DNA of 51,280 bases, filler included, from Catajapyx aquilonaris (lineage: Eukaryota), in assembly GCA_000934665.2 (NCBI GenBank). It is 2 parts of 2 records of this genome, joined end to end, with 100 filler letters (N's around TTAATTAATTAA, not from the genome) between each part and the next. Parts side by side here need not be neighbours in the genome. Positions count along the whole stretch, not along the records: positions 25,697 to 51,280 come from JYFJ02005333.1; 1 more part is not named here. The stretch is one strand, 5' to 3'. The position numbers were made by a program, and so were the translations under genes. The first letter of the stretch is position 1, and every line of letters starts with the position of its first letter. The notes below the pieces were generated by a model. The model was not told the origin of the DNA. It did no database searches and worked only from the letters and a program-made list of their open reading frames with translations. Shown here in pieces: positions 38,570 to 49,883 of the stretch.

Positions 38570-38919
38570 TTTGTGTTTTTGTGATTTTACTAAATAGCTG
38601 TGGGGACGTGTGTCCCCACAAATTAAATGTGGGGACATTTTCAGGTCCCCACTATAAAAACACGCGCTGTGTACTATTACAGTGGGGACGTGAAAAAAAT
38701 AGTGGAGACATGTCCCCACTATTTTCATTCGTAGGGTTTCACAAAAGTCCATTTTTCTCAGCCTAGGTGAGTGAGGGCAGGGTAGTTTAGGTAGGGTAGG
38801 GTAGGGTAGGGTAGGGTAGGGTAGGGTAGGTTAGGTTAGGTTAGGTTAGGTTAGTTTACACTAGCTTCGAAAAGTGGAATTTTCACGTCCCCACAGCTAA
38901 TTCAGAACAGAACTGTGTG
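38570..38919. mobile_element. CACTA/EnSpm-like non-autonomous element with (GGTAG)n/(GGTTA)n
   Basis: Multiple GTGGGGAC/GTCCCCAC subterminal repeats, imperfect TIR TAGCTGTGGGGACGTG, right terminus GTGTG, internal telomere-like repeat. Confidence 0.65.
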
Positions 38920-40015
38920 ATGATTTCCTCCTTTTTTCCCCTCGTTTGGCTGAGACGTTTGCCAATGTTACAACAACATCAGATAAGTTAAAATTCTTTC
39001 TTAACTTAAGAAGTTTATCTTTTTTACTCGCTCATTTACCACGGTTTTCATTATGTTACCTAGTTAGAGATCCTGAATCAGGCTTTCTGGCGATATATCA
39101 CACGAATCTTTTAATGCAACAAAATTCGTGCAATTCTGGTGCTAGTTGAGACAACTACACCTACAGACTGGTGACTGGTAAAGACTAGGCAAGACTATAC
39201 AGTAAACAAGTCGTCTTGAAATCAACGCCAGTCACAACTAGTCATCATCGAGTCCCAGTCAAGTGTACAATTTTTACGAAATGCATAACCCCTACAGAGG
39301 TAGGGACTTTTGAAGTTATGCTCATAATGCAGAGTGGTATGAACAGAAACTTCCAAATATGAGTTGCTCTAATGAGGAGTGCACCATTAGCACCTGAAGG
39401 AAAGGAACGTGCCCACGTAAAAGAAATGGAAGGCGGTCTGAGGAAGGGAAAGTAAGGTAGAAGCGAGCGAGGGGCCTGCTGTTTGCTTGCCGATTTATGG
39501 TAGCGAATCTGTTTGCTCTTCATCTCCTTCAGGAATGTAATCAGTCTAGGGAGAAACTAGGGTGAAAGGAAGATGGGATGGAGCGAGGGGAGAACCGGAA
39601 TCAAAGAAGAGACCATCAAGTACCACGAGTGAGCCAAGGAAGGAATACCCGGTACTGATAGATGAATCTTCATCCACTGCGAGCGAGCGAGCGATGTAGT
39701 ACGGAATCAAAGGGTGGGGGAAGGCGGGGAGGGACTGGGGAGGGTCTCCCACTCCAACAAGATTAATGCGTAACCTGCCCACTCATGCCTTTCCTTTCCT
39801 CCCTAATTACTTTTGCCCTCTTTCAAACCATGATATATTGCAATATTCGCAGGGAAGTCAACTGGCATGTTTTGCACTCGTTTCTCCTCAAAACACGTGC
39901 ATGTTTTCATGCGAAGCTTATATTATTTATACATTTGTAGCTTTATGCTGTGTACTTGCTCGTGGAAAGCGGCTGTAGTGGGTTTAAAACCGCCTATAAA
40001 TGGGACATATGATTT

Positions 40016-40085
40016 CTCCTGTATGCGTATCACTTTTTTATATGTGGCAATCCACATATGAAAAAGTGATACGCATATACAGGAG
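40016..40085. repeat. Near-perfect 70-nt hairpin, probably a tiny MITE
   Basis: CTCCTGTATGCGTATCACTTTTTTATATGTGG-caat-CCACATATGAAAAAGTGATACGCATATACAGGAG, with outer TTAAAAC...GTTTTAA. Confidence 0.8.
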
Positions 40086-42681
40086 CAGTTTTAAAGGTAG
40101 CAGATCTCTTGCAATTCACTTAGTCCGAAAGAGTGATAACGAGTCAGCAAGCTAAGATTTTCTGTCATCACTATAGCATGTAAGCTAGTGCAAGCCCAAA
40201 TTTTTCCTTTGTCTTTAATTAGTAGATTTCTCTTGCGTGCAGACGATATAATAGTTTTTATAGGAAAAATCTGGATGATAGGTCATCCACTAACTAACAG
40301 AATGCTCGAGTGGCACCATTCCCAGCGCGCACTTTGAAACTGATTACCTACTTTGCATATGATAAATATGTTTAGAGGAGAAAGGCATCAGGGAATAACG
40401 AAAATGGTATGGGCGAAGCAAGCAATTACCAAATTTCACGCTGGGTCCTGTCATTACTAATGCTGCTAGGAGGTGCCGCTCTAGTTACTGCGCCCATCTT
40501 GAAAAGAGCTCAACTTAAACAGCTGCATTACTCGGGAACATTTGGGGATAGTTCAAGCTGCAAGATTTTCCAGACTGTAGAGCTTTATCTGGAACGGCAT
40601 CAGAGGATATTACAGCAGTAACACGACGTAAATCATCATTTTCTGGCCTAAATTACGCCCTTAACTTTTTTCCTACTGCTGGAATTTTTCTTCTGGAGCC
40701 ATCTTTTCTTTCGTTTTCAGCAGGTCCTTGCCTTGCACCATTTCAGGAGATAAGGATTGATTTTTCATTAGCAAGGGGCTGGTAAGAGGATTACGAGGAG
40801 CAATGATTGCAAATCAGCCCGACTTGCCTCGATAAAATTTAACATTGCTTCACCGCCAAATGGCCTTCTCCTTGCCGCTTTTTTGTGTCTATTTAGCGGC
40901 TTGCCAACACGGAACGAATTCAATACCAAACTTTCTTGCTCATTTGCGAGACATCCTAGCCGAATTTTCTGGGAGTAGTATAGGTAAGTTGCGGGTCATA
41001 AAATATTGAATTTGAACTGCAGCTGTTCCCCGGGTGATATCCCACAGTCAGCAGCGTGCAACACTACAGATGGACCAGAACATGAAATCACAGGAGGCTA
41101 AACTCATTTTGATAATGACCCAATTTCTGTATGGGATGTGCCCGATGCAATTATGTGACAAACCAAAGCCATAAAATTCAGTCAAACTGCGTTTCATCAG
41201 GCCAGTCGAATTCCAAAACGACTGCATTAGACCATTAGACATCCATTCTTTACCGATGGCTAAATCAACAGGCCGCCGCGACACGTCAAAATTACATCCT
41301 GCTAACATATACAGTGAAACGTGATTGACGCTCACAACATCCAAATATTACCCTATGCAGTACTAGTAGCCTGGACACACCCCAATCCTATGCAAGTTTT
41401 CAAACCCAGCACTAAAAAATTTCTATCTACCCTGTCATATGCAGGCTTCAACATTGTATTGGTTGAAAATAATCACACCAGTGAAACTACATGTAAACCT
41501 ATGTAGTGTTGCTTACTCCTTCGTTGTTTGACTACATCAGAATAAAGCTTAGGTCATATAGGTCTTTCATTGGTCTTTCATATGGGCTCCCTTTACTGTC
41601 TGTCTCCACACCCAAAGATCTAGCAACAAATTCCACAACATAAGAAACAACCTGGATTGGATACACGCACAGCAACTCAAGTCTGAGGCGAACAGCCCTG
41701 TTCATATCTTAGTGATATTATGCTGAAATAATGCTCCTTGATGTAGTGTTTTGGTAATGAAGTGGAGTCCCCAAGAGCGAGCGAGTCGTTGTAAAACATG
41801 AAATGTGGTGGCTCTGATTTATCGCATAATTATGAGACAGTTGGAGCGCAAAACCTCGGATGGTTGAGGGGGCGAAGGGGGCGAAATCCTTGGGTCGTTG
41901 GTTGGTTCGCAGGCGCCATTTCCCGCAATCTTTCACCTAAATCAATATCCCAGCCGTTCGTGATTAGGTGGTGTCGCCGATGGCATTTTGACAGCCAGTT
42001 TATGAATTAGGAGATATTTATCTCCCCCTCCACCCACCCACCCTCCCTCCCCAGCCTACATCAGTAGTCAGGCGAGGGAATGGTTAATGAGGCTGATAAC
42101 TGCGTGTTAATGCTGGTAGCAGAGGACCACGTGATTTCTGCGTTGTAGGCGTTTATGCATAGCAGGCTTCGAGGCGGTTTACGACCTGCATGTCCCATAA
42201 GAAATATCCGAGTCTCGTGTCGCCGGCACTAGATGACGTCCAGTCATTACATATATCACAAATAATTCGAGGGGGAATTGCAGCATGGAAATGTCGTTTG
42301 TGCTCGTAGTAAAATATTCATGTTGTGTTTTGATGCCCTCTTTTGTCGCTCCAAATAACACAATAAGCCTTCATTTATAGCTGTGTTCATTTGAGAAGGG
42401 CAATATTTTACCCACTCAGACGGAGCCCGCCTCGGAAGAGATGTATTTAATACCCGGAGCTTTGACATTTATGATTCGGCCGGATATCTCCCACAACGCA
42501 ATTCCTGTCAAGAAACATGTGCTCAAGCGTCACTTGAATGCAATCGTAAATTCGCCCCCCCCCCTACCCACCCCGGGCAAGAAATGACGGTTGACAAACG
42601 AGTCACGTGCTGGGCTCGCATTGTTGTTATATTGGCCAACGTCTCCGCCAAATGAGAAAAAAAGAGGAAAGCATCAGATAA

Positions 42682-43295
42682 CTATGCGACTGACTAAAGC
42701 GGCCAAGACTCCGGGATCAACTTTGCAAAATTGGCAACCATGTTGCCCCTGCTGAATACGAATTGGCGCATACGTATGGTTAGAAATATGTTCCAGGCAC
42801 CAGCATGGTGATAGCTGGCACCAGCCGTTTAGCCCAACTCTAAACCGGTTCAGGAAAACGGTTACTTTTTCCGTTAAACCTGGAGGCTGCTTGTTCAAAC
42901 ATGTCCCGCATTTGGAGCAAGTATGCTATTGCAACGGTGCAAAAAAAAGTGGTACATGCAACTATGCACACGTGCCTTGAACTTGGCTGAACTATGCCCT
43001 GTCCTCCACTGCACCTATCGAATCCGGTCACACGAAGAATTTTTCCTCCTTCACATTTTGCCAAACATTTAAAAGTTGGCTCTTCTACCAGCTAATTTAG
43101 GACACAACAAATTAGGAACAATCACAGTTTTAAAAACTTCTCCTTTGTTTCCCCCCTCCCCATCCGCAACATCTGTTTCACTTTATTACACCAAAACGTT
43201 CTCAAGATATCTCATAAATTTTTTGTAGCTTCCGCCAATGTATAGTACACTCTATTTACATATTTATTTAACATCAGATCTCGTTTGTAGTTTTC
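42682..43295. repeat. Unclassified interspersed repeat, copy 2
   Basis: Begins CTATGCGACTG. Reverse complement of 37770-38522. Confidence 0.9.
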
Positions 43296-45665
43296 CCCTC
43301 TAATTTTGGGTTCCTCTCTCCCTATCTCATCTCCCTCTTTGTGTCAAGCCTGGTGGAATGAGGGATGGGAGAGGACACAGGTTGAGCTAATTGCAGGCCC
43401 ATCCGATTCGTTAAGGGGATTAGGTACTCCGGCCCACTCTCCACTTCTTGCTTTTTCCGGGCTCACAAAGTGGAAAAATAATCCACTTTCTCCTCTAGTC
43501 GCCGCCCAAATTATGTACGTGTGGTTGGAGAGAGGGGAAATAACAGAATGCTTCATCTGATGCACAGTAGTTGAGCAAATACAGCTTAGGCAATGCAGTG
43601 TCCCAGTTACGTCGTAATGAGTTCCGAAACCAGCCAAGCAAGTGTGGAGATGACCCTACTCAAATGGAAGTTATGGTAAATCAAGAGGATGTGTGTGACT
43701 GCAAATACCAGCATGTCTCATATTGGTTAGCCTAACTCAAATTTTACTCGAAGCAAAATTAAATTGAAGCAACTTATTAGGAAATTTCACTGCTATTTGG
43801 TCTCCCGCCCGATTGGCTGGAAGGCTCTCTGGTGGTGAATGTTGCAAATTAATATAGTGGCCCCCAATGCGACTTTACCTTTGGGGACGAGGCTCCAAAT
43901 GAATTCACGAAAGTGACCTCTTCCTCCTGGAAAATGACCCAACCCTCATTATTTCCTCTACCCTCTGGCGGACGCTACAATAGGCTATAAGCATCCAGGA
44001 CGATTTTGGCGCGACCGCACTTCAGGTGCCTAAAGGCACCCCGCTGAAATGTCGATAAGTCCACATTTATTGCAGACCACCTTATGGGTTTCAGGCACGG
44101 GTTATTTGCTCAACTTTAGTCATCCAAAGAGGAACGGAAATTTTTTAACCTACTATATCTTCCGAATGAACAGTGTTTGAGTTGTTTGTCAATTGCGCGG
44201 ATAGATGGGAGTACTTTCTAGTCCGTGTCTCGTCCTATGCGTGTGGCATGGGTACCCCGGGTTCCCCCCCCCCCNCATCACCCCCACCATATTTACCCCC
44301 CTCTCTACCGCCCTCTCTACCCCCCTCTCTACCTTCCCATCTTTACCATCCCTCTTTAAAACAGTAAGGGTTCAGACATTCGTCAAATTCAAATTAACTG
44401 TTTTTAAATATGTCAATTTAATAACAAAATTAGCATAAGCTTTAAACGTCACGTGCTTAGGAATTTTTCGGCTGTCAGCGCCGCCCAACGTCCATATCCC
44501 AACACCGCTTCCTTCCAGGAGCATTTTTTAAAGAGGGCGCTGTGCTACAAAAAATGCAAGATGGCCGCCCCAACAGACAAAGGGTAATTCCATCAAATGT
44601 CCCTAGGATGACCCAGCCACATTGGGTCGAGGGGTTGGTCACTTGCGTAAGCAGGTGTACATCTTGCCTGTAATCAAAAGTTATCACATGCATTCGCGAG
44701 TAAGGTAGTCAGGAGTAAAGCTTGAGGAATGGCGCTAAAGGGAAGGGACAGTGGCGGATGTGACAGAGGAAGCAACAGGAAGCAGTTAGAGATCAGCGTC
44801 GTGCATTTGTGACCGGATGGCAGTACAGTGACAGAGGTTTGGTTGTAGTTCGGAAAGACCAAAAAGCTGAGGAGACCAGAAGTGGAGGCTACAGGTCCTG
44901 AAAAGTGTGTCGGTGTGAGCTGCCCCGGAATTTCCCTGCTAGCGTGCTAGGGTATCTGTCAACGTGCGTAGTGAAGAATCCGAGGTGTTCCGGAGGTCAA
45001 CGTGCGAGGTGACGCAACGGTCTTGTGGCTTGTGAGTGTCATTGTGCGTGTGTTCAGTGGTAGAACAGGGAACAATGGATCGTGAAATCAGGCTCGGATG
45101 TTACATTATTTTTGCGCGAAAGTAACACGTGAAGTCGATTCCGTCGCTCATGTCAGGTATGCTTGATATTCTTTCTTAAGGCGTCTGCCATAGTGCCATT
45201 GTACTTCATCAGCCAATTCCCTTGCGCATTTTTGTCTGAAGTAAAAACTGTTGGCATTACTTTGTTGATTCCGTAGCTTTGGATTTTTGCATTGTTGCTA
45301 ATCGCTTGAAGGGCGAGTGCCTCCCGCGCTATGCCAGGCTGCGATGTCAATTTGCGCTCCAGGCCGTGTCGCTCAATTTTGCGCTGCATCGCTTCTTTGT
45401 AAACAGGCCTTAAGCTATTCCCAGTCAAGAGTAGTTCACATTTGGACCGTTTAAAAAATTCACTGAAGCATGTGACGGAAATTACTGCACTTTACCTGTT
45501 CAATTATTATCACTAGAGTCCGGATTTTTAGGCACGAAAAAAACCACGAAATAGGCACGAAAAAACCTCAAATAAGCACAAAAAGTTTACTTTTTTGGGC
45601 ATATGGAAGATAATATGTTACAGAAAATAAAAAAGCCATAATAATTTTATAGGACTAAAGTGTAA

Positions 45666-45890
45666 GGGGCGACACGGTGGCGGAGTGGTTAGCGCCGCAG
45701 CCTTCCACATCTAAGGTCCCGAGTTCGATCCCCGGATCGGACAGAGGATACTTATGTGGATAGAGTTTCGATGGGTTCTCTCCGTGTTCGCGTGGGTTTT
45801 CTCGGGGTTCTCCCCGGTATTTAAAAGATGATCCCCTAAGAGACCCAACGGGGCCTATTACGCAGGTGTAAAGGCCAAAACACAAAAAGA
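45666..45890 (+). mobile_element. tRNA(Gly-TCC-like) SINE family C with V-domain-like core
   Basis: A box TGGCGGAGTGG, loop CCTTCCA, B box AGTTCGATCCC. Core GTTCTCTCCGTGTTCGCGTGGGTTTTCTCGGGG resembles the V-SINE domain. Confidence 0.85.
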
Positions 45891-46566
45891 TTTTGCGGCA
45901 GCGACAAGCGGCAAACGCCTGCCCCGCCAATTGTTATTAATTGTTGGCAATAATAAATATAAATAAGAAATATGCCGCAACGTACGCCGTTTGCCGCGCG
46001 TTTTTTTTTTGTTTTTTGTGAAATGGCCTTAAGGCCGCAAACCAGAGCAAAAACCGAATAACAAAGATAAACGGACAGAAAATCACAATACTTGGGCAAA
46101 AAACAGTGTAAGCAATAAGTATTTCTTGCTCTGGACTCTACCTCTTATATCCAGTTTCCCCTTGCACCAGACTTGGACAATATGTTGCCAAATATTTTTC
46201 CTATCGGAGGAAAATATTTAGAAAAAATATTTGGCACACGTGTCACGGAAACATGATTCGTATTACTTCTGAACGATTTTGGTCCTTTCAGGAGCACAAC
46301 AAAATACTCAAAAAACCAAACATGATTCTGAAGGAATAGGCCAGGAATAGGCCGAAAAAGTCCCGAAATTACTGCAAAAGGGTCAAAAACTATCCCCCCA
46401 AAAAAGCGAAATAGGCATGGAAAGTCGCAAAAAGGTAGAATAGGCAAAATAATTCGCAAAACCACGAAATAGGCCATTTTAGGCACTATAAAACCTACAG
46501 TACATTTTCCACATCCTGCACATATGAAACGGATAGATCTCTTCACAAAACGATCCCAACTGTTAA

Positions 46567-47667
46567 CCCCTTCAGCCCCAGATCGGCCCGAACCACACAG
46601 TTTTTGGCTTACGGGTACTCCGAAGATACGGACAAGATATTTTGCAAATAATAACAGCTATACTTACGAGATCTGGGAAAACCCTATGAATGTGTCTGGA
46701 ACCATTTTACTCGTCTAGAAGTCCCTAAATTAATTTCCAAAAAAGGGCTATAATAACTCGAAATTGGACTACTGCCGCCCAACTTTTAGGCTGATTTAAT
46801 TAGGAAATGCGTGAAAATATGCGGAATGACAACTTTGAGAACCATGCCAGAGGAATTTGCTGAAATCGTCGTACTTTGCGAGAAATTAATTAATACTTAT
46901 TTGCAGCTTTCTGGCACTTCGGAAAACTCCGCATACGGTTCTCCAAGGTTCTCTAGGTACATATTCAGGATATTTTAGTTCTTAGCGCCTAGATTCTAAG
47001 TGGCTGGGCCAGAAAGATTAAAATTATGAAATATGTTAAAATATCCTGAATGTGTACCTAGAGAACCTTGGAGAACCGTATGCGGTAGATAAAATCAATT
47101 TAGAGAACATTGTAGAATCTTTTATTCAATCTTCTATAATTGAGGATATTACTCGTGGCTCTAATTCAAAAGAGAACTATGCCCACTATAAGTACTTATT
47201 AACAGACCATCTAAGAGAAAGTTACTTTTATTACCAGTTACCTCTTCCTGTTATAAGACTGACTGCTAATCTAAGAAACAACTCCACATCTTATTGGTTA
47301 AAAGGATACATTCTCCGCTTGGATCAAGATAACCGCTGTACATTATGTAATCACTCAGACGCTTTTGACCTTTTCCACTTTTTGTATGAATGTTACTTTT
47401 TCTCAGAGTATAGAGATAAATTTTTGGTTGGGTTGCCCCAGTTCCCCTCTCATTCAGTGAGTTTACCCTTTCAACATTTGGCGAAAGAAGACATGTTCAG
47501 TCTGTACAACTTATTTTATGGCTTCATCAATAAAACTTCAATTCTGCGACATAATACTATGACCCCTTGATAAATGCATTTTATGTAAATTAATACATAC
47601 ATTTATATAATAATGGTGAGTCCCCCTCCCCGCCCTGAACATGTTTGTAGGGAAAGGGAAATAAATC

Positions 47668-47737
<70 letters not shown>

Positions 47738-48126
47738 TAGAGAACCTTGGAGAACCGTATGCGGAGTTTTCCGAAGTGCCAGAAAGCTGCAAATAAGTAT
47801 TAATTAATTTCTCGCAAAGTACGACGATTTCAGCAAATTCCTCTGGCATGGTTCTCAAAGTTGTCATTCCGCATATTTTCACGCATTTCCTAATTAAATC
47901 AGCCTAAAAGTTGGGCGGCAGTAGTCCAATTTCGAGTTATTATAGCCCTTTTTAGGAAATTTATTTAGGGACTTCTAGACGAGTAAAATGGTTCCAGACA
48001 CATTCATAGGGTTTTCCCAGATCTCGTAAGTATATCTGTTATTATTTGCAAAATATCTTGTCCGTATCTTCGGAGTACGCGTGAGCCGAAAACTGTGTGG
48101 TTCGGGCAGATCTGGGGCTGAAGGGG
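46567..48126. mobile_element. piggyBac-type palindromic MITE with ~410-bp arms, interrupted by a LINE
   Basis: TTAA|CCCCTTCAGCCCCAGATC...GATCTGGGGCTGAAGGGG|TTAA. Segment 46567-46977 mirrors 47038-47085 plus 47765-48126. Confidence 0.93.
47086..47733 (+). mobile_element. 5'-truncated LINE (ORF2 C-terminus with CCHC knuckle; RTE-X-like)
   Basis: Open frame to the stop at 47570 containing RCTLCNHSDAFDLFHFLYEC. 3' UTR with AATAAA and a (TTA)n tail. 31-bp TSD at 47055-47085 / 47734-47764. The clade assignment is inference. Confidence 0.88.
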
Positions 48127-48194
48127 TTAAGGAACTAAATAGGCATTTGCCTAAAAATCCGGACTCTAATTATCACACATTCATTTGCTTAAAG

Positions 48195-49073
48195 CAGCAG
48201 TTTTCAAACTGGGGTACGCGAGCACAATTTTGGGGGTATGCGAAAAATTTTGTGCAATGGCGTCCGTTCTCTACATTTGTAGGGGGGGGGGGGGGNGGGG
48301 GGATGAAAAATAAATTGTAGGAAAAACAAACCCGGGATATCTGAGGATACAATAAGTGGAAAACATGTGGAAATATTGGGAGGGAGGGTTTGGCTGGGGG
48401 GTGCGACTGGAAATGAGCAGCCTAAATTACTTCATATGGGGTCAATATGCAGGTCCGTGGAACTGCAAATTAGACACATCTCCCAGGTGCAAAACAATTG
48501 CGCACTTATTCCCAGATGTTAGTGATTAGTGCTCCAAGTGGAGAAGCAGTTTAGGAATTATTTTCCCGAAATGGACACGTCAATGAATTGGATAAGGAAC
48601 CCGCTTGATATTTTATTGCCAATTCCAAACATGTCAGTACAGGACCAAGAAAAAATTGTCGAAATTTCAACAGATGGAAATTTAAAACAGGAATTTGGAC
48701 ATAAAACCTTCGTCACCTTTTGGGCGGAAAGCATTGACTATTATTCTGGCATGGCATACTCTGCTTTGAAACACTTGATTCCATTTGCCACAACCTATTT
48801 ATGTGAAGCTGGCTTTTCATCATTAACATCCATCAAAACAAAATACCGGAATCAACTGATTGTGGAAAACTACTTGAGACTCAAATTGACGTCACTTATC
48901 GTCCCAAACATTGATCACTTGTGCGCAAGCAAGCAAGCATACCCATCACACTAACTGGTAATTAGTGCTCACAATTACTACGTATTATATGGTACGATGA
49001 GAATGGGGGTACAAATTGTTTCTTGACAAATTTTAAACAGGGGTACGCGGCGAAAAAAGTTTGGGAAGCTCTG
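48195..49073 (+). mobile_element. Internally deleted hAT Buster/Charlie element
   Basis: Termini CAGCAGTTTTCAAACTGGGGTACGCG / GGGGTACGCG...AGTTTGGGAAGCTCTG. 8-bp TSD GCTTAAAG with central TA (48187-48194 / 49074-49081). Confidence 0.93.
48529..48954 (+). pseudogene. hAT transposase C-terminal dimerisation-domain fragment (ZBED5/FAM200/SCAND3-like)
   Basis: WIRNP, FW, LIPFATTYLCEAGFSSLTSIKTKYRNQL and terminal KQAYPSH are Buster-family hallmarks. The N-terminus is missing. Confidence 0.93.
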
Positions 49074-49079
49074 GCTTAA

Positions 49080-49883
49080 AGGGGCACTCCACTCAAAATA
49101 CAAGTTGGGCTCTAAAAATCTGGCAAAAAAGCCTGATTCCGATGGTTGAATAAGTTTTTCTGAGAGACGAACGGTAAGGCCAGGGTGAAAGCTGGAAAAT
49201 GTGTTCAAAAGCCTCACTCGACGCAGGTGGCGACGCCACCATGTGCGGGCGGAACTAGACGCGGGGATGGCGCGAATTAAAGGTGCTTAACGTACTTTCC
49301 CCCCGTCCGAGCTAAGTGATACCTTCTCCGCACAGTTGGGGCTTCTGACTGCTTCGTTAGCCTCCATATCAGGTCGCACACTCTCTTTTTCCATGATATT
49401 CGGTCCCGGAACAGATTCACTGGACTGCATCGTCATGGAATAACCGCGACGCGTTTGAGAATATCAGCTAATATGTATTAGGGCCCAGAAGATTGCTAAA
49501 GGCTCTGTTTCACTGACTAATTCCAATTTGAAGCACTATTGGTGTATGCCAGGCTACAGCATTAGTCATTTTGTTGTTAAACAATTACTTTTAGCACGCA
49601 CTGGCCTAGGCGAGGGACGTACGTGTGATTAGCAGTTACTTGTGTCAGCTAGAAAATGGCGTTTAAGTCCCATCCCGGCGTGTGCTTCGCGGTCTGGCCG
49701 CCAGAAGGGGTTTTCTTGCCACCAGGCTTCGGCACACGCTGAGAGGGAGACTATTATTTTACGAATCTGACCTGTCGTCCTGGCCTTACCGTTCGTCTCT
49801 CAGAAAAACTGATTATACCCTCGGAATCGAGATGTTTTGCCCCATTTTTAGAGCCCAACTTGTATTTTGAGTGGAGTGTCCCT
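49080..49883. mobile_element. Kolobok-like non-autonomous element with ~105-bp TIRs
   Basis: TTAA|AGGGGCACTCCACTCAAAATACAAGTTGGGCTCTAAAAAT...ATTTTTAGAGCCCAACTTGTATTTTGAGTGGAGTGTCCCT|TTGT. The right TTAA is degenerate. Confidence 0.75.

Larger units (their letters stand above)
45514..48168. mobile_element. hAT non-autonomous element hosting nested insertions
   Basis: Perfect 21-bp TIR TAGAGTCCGGATTTTTAGGCA, 8-bp TSD ATTATCAC (45506-45513 / 48169-48176), many AATAGGC subterminal repeats. Confidence 0.95.

Noticed and set aside
44470..45130. Possible solo LTR (also 39400-39750)
   Set aside because: The composition is suggestive, but I found no TG...CA pair with a matching TSD, PBS or PPT.
45530..46490. 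Recurring AATAGGC motifs with variable spacers resembling a CRISPR-like array
   Set aside because: The repeats are only ~7-8 bp, irregularly spaced and inside hAT TIRs, as expected of subterminal transposase-binding sites. No cas genes.
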